Shown: positions 28,912 to 38,142, counted from the first letter of the stretch. The stretch is 64,000 bases of DNA from an uncultured bacterium (GCA_964531205.1 CAZHGH010000003.1:5154-69153); one strand, 5' to 3'. Numbers and translations are program-made. The notes: a model not told the origin generated them from the letters alone.

Positions 28912-30293
28912 CGCGCCTGCACTTCGCCGCAACCGACACCCGCCGGAAAGATTTTCTCCGGATTCAAGCGCCGCTTCGGATCGAAAACATCGCGCACGCG
29001 CGCCATCGTTGCGAGATCGTCCGTCGTGAAGATACGCGTCAGCGTACCACGCTTTTCGTAGCCAATCCCGTGTTCGCCGCTGATCGTGCCGCCGAGTTCT
29101 ACCGCGGCCTGTAAGATGTCGTTACCGGCGTCAATGACGGACGCCACCTGACGCGTATCGCTGCGATCGTACATCAACAACGGATGCAAATTACCGTCGC
29201 CGGCGTGGAAGACGTTCGCAACTTTTATATGACGCGTCTCGCATGCGGTCTCAACGGCGCTAAGCGCCTGCGGCAGCTTCGTGCGCGGAACGACGACGTC
29301 TTGAATGTAGTAGTTGGGCGAGACGCGGCCCGTTGCGCCAAGCGCGCCTTTGCGCCCCGCCCACAGTGCTTCGCGCTCCGCCTCCGAGCGCGCGGAGCGC
29401 CACGACGTCGCACCGGCCTCGCGCGCAATCGGCGCCATCAGCGCTTCGTAAGCGTTGAGATCGTCTTCAAACCCCGCGCTTTCGATGAGGAGCACCGCGC
29501 CTGCATCGGTTGGATACCCCGAGTGAAATGCGGCTTCCACCAACTCGAGCGCGAGATGATCCATCATCTCGAGCGCCGTCGGGACGATACCGGCCCCGAT
29601 AATCGCGGAAACTGCTGCGGACGCGGTGTCCACATCAGGAAATCCCGCAAGCCATACGCGTACGGCTTCGGGTTGGCGCATGAGCCGCACCCATGCCGAT
29701 GCAATGATGCCCAGCGTTCCTTCACTGCCGACCAGCGCGCCGGTGAGATCGTAACCCGATTCTTCAACCCACGTATTGAGCACGTCGCCGTTTTCGTCGA
29801 CGATCTCCAGACCCAATACATGGTTTACCGTTGTGCCGTAGGAGAGACAGTGCGGTCCGCCCGCATTCGTGCCGATGTTTCCGCCGATTGTCGACGCTTT
29901 TTGCGACGACGGATCGGGCGCATAGAATAAACCTGCATGCGCAACTCGTTTTGAAAGATCGAGATTGATGAGGCCCGGTTGCACGCGCGCCATCCGGTTT
30001 CGCGCGTCGAGCTCGAGCACGCGATTCATTCGCGCGAACGAGAAGACGATGCCGCCTTCGGCGGGAATCGCTCCGCCGCACAAACCGGTCCCCGCCCCGC
30101 GCGCGACGATCCGCTCGCCGCAATCTTTTGCAATCTTTACAGCAGCCGCGATGTCGCGCGTCGACGAGGGCAGCACCACCGCGGTTGGGGTGCGTCCTTG
30201 CGAATATGCGTCGAAAGAGTAGACTGCAAGGTCCTCGGCTTGGCTCTTCACTGCGTCGGCGCCGAGCGCGTCGATCAGGCGCTGAACAATCAC
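28908..30293 (-). CDS. glcD: FAD-linked oxidase, glycolate oxidase subunit GlcD-like
   Basis: FAD_binding_4 plus FAD-oxidase C-terminal blocks (RGAGTGLCGGA, GEHGIG). Confidence 0.88.
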   Translation of the reverse strand: MIVQRLIDALGADAVKSQAEDLAVYSFDAYSQGRTPTAVVLPSSTRDIAAAVKIAKDCGERIVARGAGTGLCGGAIPAEGGIVFSFARMNRVLELDARNRMARVQPGLINLDLSKRVAHAGLFYAPDPSSQKASTIGGNIGTNAGGPHCLSYGTTVNHVLGLEIVDENGDVLNTWVEESGYDLTGALVGSEGTLGIIASAWVRLMRQPEAVRVWLAGFPDVDTASAAVSAIIGAGIVPTALEMMDHLALELVEAAFHSGYPTDAGAVLLIESAGFEDDLNAYEALMAPIAREAGATSWRSARSEAEREALWAGRKGALGATGRVSPNYYIQDVVVPRTKLPQALSAVETACETRHIKVANVFHAGDGNLHPLLMYDRSDTRQVASVIDAGNDILQAAVELGGTISGEHGIGYEKRGTLTRIFTTDDLATMARVRDVFDPKRRLNPEKIFPAGVGCGEVQAR

Positions 30294-30346
30294 CCGGACT
30301 TCTTTAGAAGGAACTGCACCTGTGGCCTTTTAACGGCCATTCCAAC

Positions 30347-30859
30347 GTGTTCTTTTTTAAAAAAAAGAAAGCGGAAAGCCGCCTTAAGCCTGCGGTACCG
30401 AGCGCTACGCAAAAACGCTCCGCTTTTCGCATGCCCGTTGAGTTCGACGTGTTCTACACGCTCGAAGGGCGGCGCGGGCGCAGAAGCGGCAAGGCGAACG
30501 ATCTTAGCGCCGGCGGTTTGCGCCTGATCTGCGACGAGGATTTCCAGAAGGGCTCCGTTCTTTTTCTGGACTTCAAGCTGCCCGACGACTTCTTAGCCAG
30601 CATGACGGTCGAAAAGGAAGTGTACGAGCAAAGTCCGTTCGGTCTACGGCCGGAGACTGTGCGCACCCAACCGCCTGGTTTTGCGCCGATGCGCGTGAAG
30701 GCCAAGGTGCTCGTGACGTTCTTCAGCATGGACCAAAAGAAGTTCGCGCACGGCACGTCGTTCGTCGACATCGACATGAAGACGCAAGAAGAGTTGCAGC
30801 GGTTCATTCATTTGTGGCAGCTGAACTATCTCCGCACGCGCCGCGGCGACTTAGGCTAG
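30347..30859 (+). CDS. PilZ-domain c-di-GMP receptor
   Basis: RSAFR (RxxxR) and DLSAGG (DxSxxG) motifs about 25 aa apart. Confidence 0.85.
   Translation: MFFFKKKKAESRLKPAVPSATQKRSAFRMPVEFDVFYTLEGRRGRRSGKANDLSAGGLRLICDEDFQKGSVLFLDFKLPDDFLASMTVEKEVYEQSPFGLRPETVRTQPPGFAPMRVKAKVLVTFFSMDQKKFAHGTSFVDIDMKTQEELQRFIHLWQLNYLRTRRGDLG
30350..30369. promoter_or_regulatory. AT-only inverted repeat TTCTTTTTT-AA-AAAAAAGAA
   Basis: Read directly. 9-bp arms. Lies in codons 2-8 of the PilZ ORF, 57 nt from the divergent glcD start. Confidence 0.3.
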
Positions 30860-32088
30860 TCGTAAAGCAAATATTTCAGGCGAGCGGCTTTGAAGTTTTG
30901 CAAAGCCGGCTGCCATTTTTGCTCGATGAGGTCCGCTCCGATGCCTTGTTGTAGACCGCTCGCAAGCGAATCCGTACCCCAATCGATAGCTAGCGGTTTA
31001 GCGCGAATGTTAATCGTGCCGGGCGAGATGTCGTGTACCGCAGTTATAAGTTCCACTGCAGTCAACACCGCGGGAAAAACACGCGGATTAAAAACATCCA
31101 GCTCCACGCCGCCATACTCTTTGCCGGCGCTCTCGCCGAAAAGCGGTGACCAATAAGCCGGCCTGAAATAGACGCCCGGAATATTCCGCGCGTTCAAAAC
31201 CGCAGCGAGACGATAGCCGTCCAAACCCATTGCACCTACATATTTGAAGGGCTTCGTTGTCCCGATTCCGCCGTCGAGGCCGACGTTATCGACCAGGCCC
31301 GAGCACGGGTACACCATTGCCGTGCTCCACTCAGGGATGTTCGGCGAAGTTTGAACCCACTGCAAGCCGGTGTCCGGCCAAAGCATGGATCGGTGCCACC
31401 CCTCCATACGAATAACGCGTAAATTCGCGCCGATACCGAAGCGATCGTTGAACATCTCGGCGAGCTCGCCAACAGTCATGCCGTGACGCATGGCGATCGG
31501 ATAGAGGCCGATAAACGATTTGAAATTCGGATCCAGCACGGGCCCTTCCACCATGGTTCCACCGATCGGATTCGGGCGGTCCAGGATCCAGATCTCTTTG
31601 TTGAATTGCTTGGCGGCTTCCATCGCGTACGCCATCGTCGAGATGTACGTGTATGTACGCGACCCTACGTCTTGAATATCGAACAGCAGCACGTCGACGC
31701 CCTCGAGCATTGCCGCCGTCGGATGGCGCTGCGGGCCGTATAGGCTATAAACGGGCAAACCGGTGCGCGAATCGGTATACGATGAAACGTATGCGCCGGC
31801 AGGACGATCGCCGCGCAAACCGTGTTCCGGCGAGTAGATCGCTTTGAGGCAGATGTGACCGTTTGCTTTGATCGCGTCGACGATGTTGACCAGGCGCGAC
31901 GTAACGCCGGTCTGATTCGTGATTACGCCGACGCAGTGGCCCCCCAGATCGCGCCATGCCGAGCGCAGGAACACTTCATCGCCTAAGACGACGTGCGCCG
32001 CTGGAAGTGTGCCCGCCTGCGCGGGCGCGAAAAAGACCGCGGCAGCTATGAAGAGCGCCGCGCAGAATCGTACGCTTCGTTTAAACAA
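30856..32088 (-). CDS. namZ: DUF1343 / exo-beta-N-acetylmuramidase NamZ-like, secreted
   Basis: Signal peptide. Family blocks VGVITNQTGV, PEHGLRGD, FDIQDVGSRTYTY. Confidence 0.82.
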   Translation of the reverse strand: MFKRSVRFCAALFIAAAVFFAPAQAGTLPAAHVVLGDEVFLRSAWRDLGGHCVGVITNQTGVTSRLVNIVDAIKANGHICLKAIYSPEHGLRGDRPAGAYVSSYTDSRTGLPVYSLYGPQRHPTAAMLEGVDVLLFDIQDVGSRTYTYISTMAYAMEAAKQFNKEIWILDRPNPIGGTMVEGPVLDPNFKSFIGLYPIAMRHGMTVGELAEMFNDRFGIGANLRVIRMEGWHRSMLWPDTGLQWVQTSPNIPEWSTAMVYPCSGLVDNVGLDGGIGTTKPFKYVGAMGLDGYRLAAVLNARNIPGVYFRPAYWSPLFGESAGKEYGGVELDVFNPRVFPAVLTAVELITAVHDISPGTINIRAKPLAIDWGTDSLASGLQQGIGADLIEQKWQPALQNFKAARLKYLLYD

Positions 32089-32917
32089 AAACAGCCTCAG
32101 TTGTTTCGGGAATGATCTGCGCCTTATGCGCGCGACGGAACAGTTCGTTCACCGCGGTCATGCCTTCCTCGCCGACGTCGCCGCTAAAATCGTTGACGTA
32201 CAAGGCAATGTGCTTGCGCATGACGTCTTCGCTCATCTCGGTCGCGTGTTGCCGCACGTAGTTCATGATGTCGTCTTCCTTGGTGCGCGCGTGCTCCAAA
32301 CTGCGGCGGATGGCGTCGTTGGCCTGTGCCGCCGCGGCATCATCGAGATCTTTGCGCGCGAGGATCGCTCCAAGCGGAATCGGCATGCCGGTTTCGCGCT
32401 CCCACCACTCGCCCAGGTCTACAATTTGCACGAGACCTGCTTCACTGTACGTAAAGCGCGATTCGTGGATGATAAGGCCGGCATCTACGGCACCGCTCGC
32501 TACGGCGTCGACGATTTTATCGAATCGCAATTGCACTGTTTGCGGCCGCATGCCCATCGCGAGACGCAGCAACATAAATGCCGTCGTCATCTCGCCGGGA
32601 ATTGCGATAAGCTTGTTTGCGAAATCGGCGAGATCCGGAGAGCTGTCCGGGCGAGCGATAAGGAGCGGTCCGCAGCCGCGCCCCAGCGCCCCGCCGGCTC
32701 GCAAAATGCGATAGTTTCCCATCAACAGCGGGATCGCGCCGTAACTCACTTTGGTCAATGAGTAATCGGCGTTGCGCGCCGACATGTTCAAATTCTCGAC
32801 GTCTTCGAGATGGACGCGGACGGGCGGGGCGCCGTGGATAATCCCGTTGGTCCAGGCGGCGAAGATGTAGGTATCGTTGGGGCAAGGCGAATACGCGAGT
32901 GTGAGTGTGTTATCCAA
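32081..32917 (-). CDS. mqnD: 1,4-dihydroxy-6-naphthoate synthase (futalosine pathway)
   Basis: SPCPNDTYIF N-terminal signature of the MqnD branch of the MqnA/MqnD family. Confidence 0.82.
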   Translation of the reverse strand: MDNTLTLAYSPCPNDTYIFAAWTNGIIHGAPPVRVHLEDVENLNMSARNADYSLTKVSYGAIPLLMGNYRILRAGGALGRGCGPLLIARPDSSPDLADFANKLIAIPGEMTTAFMLLRLAMGMRPQTVQLRFDKIVDAVASGAVDAGLIIHESRFTYSEAGLVQIVDLGEWWERETGMPIPLGAILARKDLDDAAAAQANDAIRRSLEHARTKEDDIMNYVRQHATEMSEDVMRKHIALYVNDFSGDVGEEGMTAVNELFRRAHKAQIIPETTEAVFV

Positions 32918-33521
32918 GTTCCGCGGTTCCGAGCATAGCGAGCAGCGCGTTTAACACTTTTTCCGTGCCGCTGACCCCGGCTGCAAAATCCCAGCGGCTG
33001 CGCGAGCGTTCGCAGACGATGTTCGAAATCCCGCGTACTTCGATCGCGGGCACGCCGGCGATTTCAGCTGCCCGTAGAACGCCGAACCCTTCCATACTCT
33101 CGACGCCGACGCCCAATGCGCCAAGCTTTGACGCGGTGTCGTCCGTTGCCGTTACGCGAGTCACCGTCAAGCCGCGCACGCTACGAAAGCCTAATTCAAC
33201 GAGGCGATCGACCAGGACCAGATCTGAGCCGGCTCGATCGATCACGCGCAATCCATCCGGCAATGCCAGCGGTGAGCCCGTTTCGAGATCGAGCTGCAGC
33301 AAATCGTCGGCCACGACGACGCCCTCACCGATCTCCGCCGATCCTTCAAATGCGCCGGCAATGCCTGCGCTGATAACTAAATCGTAGGTGCTCTGCGCGA
33401 GCGCGCGCGAGACGGCGGCCGCCGCTTCGACAACGCCGATGCCTGTTACCAGCATTTCGACGTGCGGTTGGGGACGCAGAAAATCTAGTTCCTTGCCCAC
33501 CGCGCAGGCAATTAAGATCAC
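32910..33521 (-). CDS. mqnB: Futalosine hydrolase (PNP/UDP phosphorylase fold)
   Basis: ~200-aa nucleosidase-fold protein with the GIAG block. 8-nt overlap with mqnD. Confidence 0.72.
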   Translation of the reverse strand: MILIACAVGKELDFLRPQPHVEMLVTGIGVVEAAAAVSRALAQSTYDLVISAGIAGAFEGSAEIGEGVVVADDLLQLDLETGSPLALPDGLRVIDRAGSDLVLVDRLVELGFRSVRGLTVTRVTATDDTASKLGALGVGVESMEGFGVLRAAEIAGVPAIEVRGISNIVCERSRSRWDFAAGVSGTEKVLNALLAMLGTAELG

Positions 33522-34096
33522 TAAGGAACTCCGATCAACTTGTGCGTTTGCAATGAGAGCCGGAAGCGCTCGGGATGCGCTTTTGCATAATCGAGCGCGA
33601 GCGCAACGTTCTTCGGCTTGTTGCCTTCGGGTTGCAGCAGAAGCAACGGTTTATCGGAGAAGAGATCCAGCCACTCTTCCGGAACGCGCTCGTCAACGAT
33701 GAGTTTCACTTCGTTTGCACGCTTCGCCATGCGCGGGTCGACGCGTTCCTTCGGCGAGACGCAAAGCCATACGTCTTTCGGCAACTCCGTGTAAACGGTG
33801 CCGTTCGATTCAATGTGGACCCGTCTGCCGTCACGGCGAAGTGCATCGATAAGCGCGAGCGTTTCGCGCTGCACGAGCGGCTCGCCGCCGGTGAGAATCA
33901 CCATAGGACAGTTGCCGCCGAGCTCGCGGACGCGCGCCACGACATCGTCGACGCCGGCGAAAAACTTCAACGAGTAATCGGTGTCGCAGAAGTCGCACGA
34001 AAGATTGCAGCCTGCAAGACGCACGAATACCGCCGGCGTTCCGCTGAATGCCCCTTCACCTTGAATGCTGTAAAAGATCTCTGCGAGTTGCAGCAT
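33521..34096 (-). CDS. queE: 7-carboxy-7-deazaguanine synthase (radical SAM), short form
   Basis: EIFYSIQGEG and GCNLSCDFCDT (CxxxCxxC). Confidence 0.88.
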   Translation of the reverse strand: MLQLAEIFYSIQGEGAFSGTPAVFVRLAGCNLSCDFCDTDYSLKFFAGVDDVVARVRELGGNCPMVILTGGEPLVQRETLALIDALRRDGRRVHIESNGTVYTELPKDVWLCVSPKERVDPRMAKRANEVKLIVDERVPEEWLDLFSDKPLLLLQPEGNKPKNVALALDYAKAHPERFRLSLQTHKLIGVP

Positions 34097-34468
34097 TTAT
34101 TCAAAATCGCTTTTGCGAAGTACGGCGCAAGAAGTCGCGGTTTCCCAAAGCACCAGCTCGTCTAACCCCGGCATCACCGGTTGCAGTTTCGACCAGATCC
34201 ACGCGACGATGCGCTCGCATGTAGGATTTTCGATGAGATCGTTCAGCGACGTATGGTCCAATACGTCCAGGATTTCCCGGTGCACTACCGCGCGAACCAG
34301 ATCGAAGTCCTCGATCATGCCGCGCGACGCGCCTGTTTCTCGAAGCGGCCCGCGAAGCGCGACCTCGAGCCGGTACGAATGCCCGTGCGGCCGGGCGCAC
34401 TTGCCCAGGTGGTAAGGGAGAACGTGCGCTGCCTCGAACCGGAAAAGCTTACGAATTTGCACCTCCAT
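34097..34468 (-). CDS. queD: 6-carboxytetrahydropterin synthase
   Basis: CARPHGHSYRLEV zinc/catalytic block. Contiguous with queE. Confidence 0.9.
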   Translation of the reverse strand: MEVQIRKLFRFEAAHVLPYHLGKCARPHGHSYRLEVALRGPLRETGASRGMIEDFDLVRAVVHREILDVLDHTSLNDLIENPTCERIVAWIWSKLQPVMPGLDELVLWETATSCAVLRKSDFE

Positions 34469-34490
34469 CCGGTTCTAGGTAAGGAGTATC

Positions 34491-35360
34491 GTGAGCCTTC
34501 GCATTAACCGGCCGGAACTCGTCGTGACCGCCGTGGCCGGCGAAGCCGCACCTTCTCAGCTCAACACGGGGCTGTACGACGTCACGCACGATGGCCAAGC
34601 GCTCATCCTGCCGAGTGTCGGCGGCATCAATCCGAACGTCCGGGTTGGTGACGGCGCCTTCGCCTTTATGGCGGATCACATCGAGCCGGGCGTGAGCGTG
34701 CGGCATCCCGACGATCGCATCAACTTGGCGCTCAACGTGCTGGCGTGCGTAGGTAACGAAGCCGTAGTCATCAGCGGCGATGCGAAAGGTAAGACGGGAC
34801 GCGTGACGGGCAAACACGGCGGCGTCGAGCACGTGGTGATCGATTTTCCGCCGGACGTCATGCGAAAAATGGCGATCGGCGACAAGATTCAGGTTTGGAG
34901 TTGCGGCCTGGGAATGCGCTTTCTCGATGCTCCGGAGATCAAAGTCTTCAACGCCGATCCCGACTTTCTCGAGGCGTGGGGCCTAGAATTGACGGACGGC
35001 GGCATTTTACGCGCGCGCGTCGCAAAAATGATCCCCGCTGCGGTTATGGGTTCGGGATTAGGACGCGCGACGGTCGTCCGCGGCGACTACGATATTCAAA
35101 CGTTCGACGATACCATGGCGGAAAGGTACGGATTACGAGATCTGCGGCTGGGCGATATCGTCGCAATTGTTGATGCGGATCATTCATATGGCCGGATCTA
35201 TCGCACGGGCGCAGTTTCGGTTGGCGTAGTCGCGCACGGCCGTTCGTTTGTCGCGGGACACGGTCCCGGCGTTACTTCGCTTTTAACGTCGACGCTTGGC
35301 AGAATCGAACCCGTAGTGGATGCAAATGCAAATCTAGCGGACATTTTGAGGCTGCGCTGA
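34491..35360 (+). CDS. Conserved hypothetical protein (possibly DUF4438-like)
   Basis: GTG start 7 nt after AAGGAG. Coding-like composition. The family name is from memory only. Confidence 0.7.
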   Translation: MSLRINRPELVVTAVAGEAAPSQLNTGLYDVTHDGQALILPSVGGINPNVRVGDGAFAFMADHIEPGVSVRHPDDRINLALNVLACVGNEAVVISGDAKGKTGRVTGKHGGVEHVVIDFPPDVMRKMAIGDKIQVWSCGLGMRFLDAPEIKVFNADPDFLEAWGLELTDGGILRARVAKMIPAAVMGSGLGRATVVRGDYDIQTFDDTMAERYGLRDLRLGDIVAIVDADHSYGRIYRTGAVSVGVVAHGRSFVAGHGPGVTSLLTSTLGRIEPVVDANANLADILRLR

Positions 35361-36343
35361 TGGATAGGGAGTTGCGGCGAGCAAACGCGCTTCTTGCGGC
35401 AACGCGGCGGTTGCAGGGAGCAATCAGCGCAATTCTGGGAGCGCAATCGATTGAAGATCTCGATCGCACGATAGTCGATGTATTGCCCGGCGCTATCGGG
35501 TTCGAGCGCGTCGCGCTGCTCGCGCCCGCGACCATCTACGGCAATGCGCGTATCGTGCAGCAACTGGGATATCCATCGCTCGATCTTTCGATCGTCCCCA
35601 AAAACTCACCGCTCGCAGCCCAAGGCGTTATCGATGCGCAGCGAACGGGAACCGAAGATGACGACGATTTGCCGCACCGCGACGTGCGCGGCGCATACGT
35701 CCTTTCACCGCTGCGCGTACAAGATCGCGTAGTCGCCGCGCTCTATGCCGATACACTCCGCGAAGACGTAGAGCTTGCGGACGCCGCCGGCTACGTCGCA
35801 TACGCGTTGGAGATCGCAGGTATGGTGCGCGCGAATCTTTCGCTCAGCGCAGAGCTGGCGGAACTTGCTCGCACCGACGGTCTGACGGGCTTACCCAACC
35901 GGCGCACATTTGACGAGCGGCTGGAAGATGAATTACGGCGTAGCGCCCGCAGCCGCCGCCCTTTTGCGCTCGCAATCTTCGACGTCGATCGCTTCAAGCA
36001 AATTAACGATACACACGGACATCGTGCCGGAGACGATGCGTTGCGCGCCTTTGCAGACACGCTGCGCAAACATACCCGTCACGTCGATCTTGCCGCACGT
36101 TTTGCCGGAGACGAATTCGCGATGATTTTGTTGGATGTGAATCACGGCGAGGCTCATGCAATCGTCGATCGCATCGTCGGTGCGGTACGCGCTCTCTCGA
36201 TTATGAACGGGATGCAACTCTCGGCCTCCGCAGGCGTAACACTGAGTTATCCCGTGGATAGCGCGGAAACGATTATCGAGCGCGCGGACGCGGCGCTCTA
36301 TAAAGCAAAACAAGCGGGTCGCGACCGGTCGGTGCTGGGTTAG
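35360..36343 (+). CDS. GAF-like sensor diguanylate cyclase (AGDEF variant, I-site present)
   Basis: TDGLTGLPNRR, I-site RHVD, then AGDEF five residues later. TGATG overlap with the upstream gene. Confidence 0.88.
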   Translation: MDRELRRANALLAATRRLQGAISAILGAQSIEDLDRTIVDVLPGAIGFERVALLAPATIYGNARIVQQLGYPSLDLSIVPKNSPLAAQGVIDAQRTGTEDDDDLPHRDVRGAYVLSPLRVQDRVVAALYADTLREDVELADAAGYVAYALEIAGMVRANLSLSAELAELARTDGLTGLPNRRTFDERLEDELRRSARSRRPFALAIFDVDRFKQINDTHGHRAGDDALRAFADTLRKHTRHVDLAARFAGDEFAMILLDVNHGEAHAIVDRIVGAVRALSIMNGMQLSASAGVTLSYPVDSAETIIERADAALYKAKQAGRDRSVLG

Positions 36344-36451
36344 CGCCTGCGCGGTTATCCAAGGTAAGCGCTGGCGGTAAGCCATCTGGCCTGTTTGTAA
36401 GGTACCGGACGCCTTAGCACATACGAGAAGCAAGATGGGAATAAGCCTAGG

Positions 36452-36634
36452 GTGAAAGACTCGCGTCCTATGGCCTACGACTTGCTCCCTAAGGATTTGC
36501 CTCTGCGACGCAGCGCGCGCATGCGTGAACGCGCCGAATCAATTGCCATTCTGGCCACGATAGCGGCCTTTTGGATGCTCGTTTTTACGCTAAACTTTTT
36601 CGTCGGTCAGTCCTCAACGCCATTAGTGCGTTAA
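36452..36634 (+). CDS. Small single-TM hypothetical protein (60 aa)
   Basis: TM helix IAILATIAAFWMLVFTLNFFV. Ends just before a strong terminator. Confidence 0.45.
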   Translation: MKDSRPMAYDLLPKDLPLRRSARMRERAESIAILATIAAFWMLVFTLNFFVGQSSTPLVR

Positions 36635-36676
36635 ACAAAAAAAGACGCCACCGCTGGGGGTGGCGTCTTTTTTTTG
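36635..36676. terminator. Bidirectional rho-independent terminator
   Basis: A-run, then GACGCCACC-GCUGGG-GGUGGCGUC, then T-run, between convergent genes. Confidence 0.85.
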
Positions 36677-36692
36677 TTTTTGTGCGGCGCGG

Positions 36693-38138
36693 CTAAAGCA
36701 CGCCGCTTGGACCCATTGCTTCAAGCCGCTTTTTGAGGTCTGCGAGAAAACCGCTGGCCACATAGCCGTCGACCACACGATGATCGAGCGATAGACACAC
36801 GTTCATCATGTGACGAATCGCAATAGCATCGTCTGCCGTTACGACGGGTTTCTTGACAACTGCTTCCATCGTGACGATGCCTGCCTGACCACCGTTGATG
36901 ATCGGCGCCGAAGCGTACGAACCGTTTGCGCCGTTGTTGTTTACCGTGAACGTTCCGCCTTGGAGATCGTCCGCTGAGAGTTTGCTGCGCCGCGCTTTAT
37001 CGATGAGCTCGCCCGACGCGATCGCGATGCCTTTGATGGAAAGCTTGTCGGTGTTCTTGATTACCGGCACGACGAGATTCGTCGGCAGGCCGATCGCGAT
37101 GCCGATGTTCACGTCTTTTTCGACATAGATAGCCGGTGCCGAGCCCGTCGAAGGGTCGGCCGTGAACTTCGCATTCATGAGCGGGAAGACCGCAAGCGAT
37201 TCGACGACCGCGCGAATGAAGAAGGGAAGAAGCGTGAGCTTATAACCAGTGTCGCGCTCAAACTTATCTTTTTCGCGCGCGCGCCACTTCCAGACGTTCG
37301 TGACGTCGACTTCGACCATCGACCACGCGTGCGGTGCGGTGTGTTTGCTCTCCACCATACGCTCCGCGATGATGCGACGCGCCGTCGTGAGCGGAATGAG
37401 CGTTCCGGGAATCGGCTCGCCGTACGTACTCGTACCGGATGGAGCCGGAGCAGGCGGAGCAGCCGGAGCACCGGTCGCGCCGAAGTTCGTGCCGACGCTG
37501 ATCGCTTGACCAACCGCTGCGGCCGGACCCATGCGAGCAGCGGTAAGTACATCGTCTGCCGTGACGCGCCCATTGGCACCGGATCCGCGAATCGAACGAA
37601 TATCGATGTGGTGTTCGCGAGCGAGTTTCCGAACCGCAGGCGACGCGCCGCGCAACGCAGCCTCGCCGGCAGCGCCGTTCGCTTGATGAACTTTCGCGTG
37701 ACCGTTCGTCGTCGGCGCGCTCGCCGCTGCGGCAGGCGCCACATGTTTGACGGGCATCTCCGGAATGTTGAAACCCGGTACGGGTTCGAAGTTCGCGCTT
37801 TCGGCCATTGCGTCGCGCGTTTGCTGCGAAACCGCCGGTGCAGGCTCGGGCGCTGACGGCGCAGGCGCTTGAGCTGCCGGAGCTTCGGCCGCTGCCGCAC
37901 CGACTTCGTCGATTACCGCAATCGGCGTCCCCGTCGGAACCGTCGTGCCTTCTTGCACGAGAATTTCGCGCAACGTCCCGGTAACAGGCGCAGGCACCTC
38001 GGAATTGACTTTATCAGTCGAAACTTCGACGAACGCTTCGTATTTTTCGATTTGATCGCCGGGTTTCTTGAGCCAGCGCTCCACGGTACCTTCGGTAACC
38101 GTTTCACCGAGCTGCGGCATTGTAATTGTGGTCGCCAC
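36693..38138 (-). CDS. Dihydrolipoamide acyltransferase (E2) of a 2-oxoacid dehydrogenase complex
   Basis: Lipoyl domain (VSTDKV), Ala/Pro linkers, E3/E1-binding domain, catalytic DHRVVDG. Confidence 0.93.
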   Translation of the reverse strand: MATTITMPQLGETVTEGTVERWLKKPGDQIEKYEAFVEVSTDKVNSEVPAPVTGTLREILVQEGTTVPTGTPIAVIDEVGAAAAEAPAAQAPAPSAPEPAPAVSQQTRDAMAESANFEPVPGFNIPEMPVKHVAPAAAASAPTTNGHAKVHQANGAAGEAALRGASPAVRKLAREHHIDIRSIRGSGANGRVTADDVLTAARMGPAAAVGQAISVGTNFGATGAPAAPPAPAPSGTSTYGEPIPGTLIPLTTARRIIAERMVESKHTAPHAWSMVEVDVTNVWKWRAREKDKFERDTGYKLTLLPFFIRAVVESLAVFPLMNAKFTADPSTGSAPAIYVEKDVNIGIAIGLPTNLVVPVIKNTDKLSIKGIAIASGELIDKARRSKLSADDLQGGTFTVNNNGANGSYASAPIINGGQAGIVTMEAVVKKPVVTADDAIAIRHMMNVCLSLDHRVVDGYVASGFLADLKKRLEAMGPSGVL

Positions 38139-38142
38139 GACG

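Noticed and set aside
34469-34490. Looked for a preQ1 riboswitch upstream of queD, and for a TPP riboswitch upstream of thiO.
   Set aside because: The intergenic space is 22 nt at queD and zero at thiO (overlapping upstream gene). This is too short for either aptamer.
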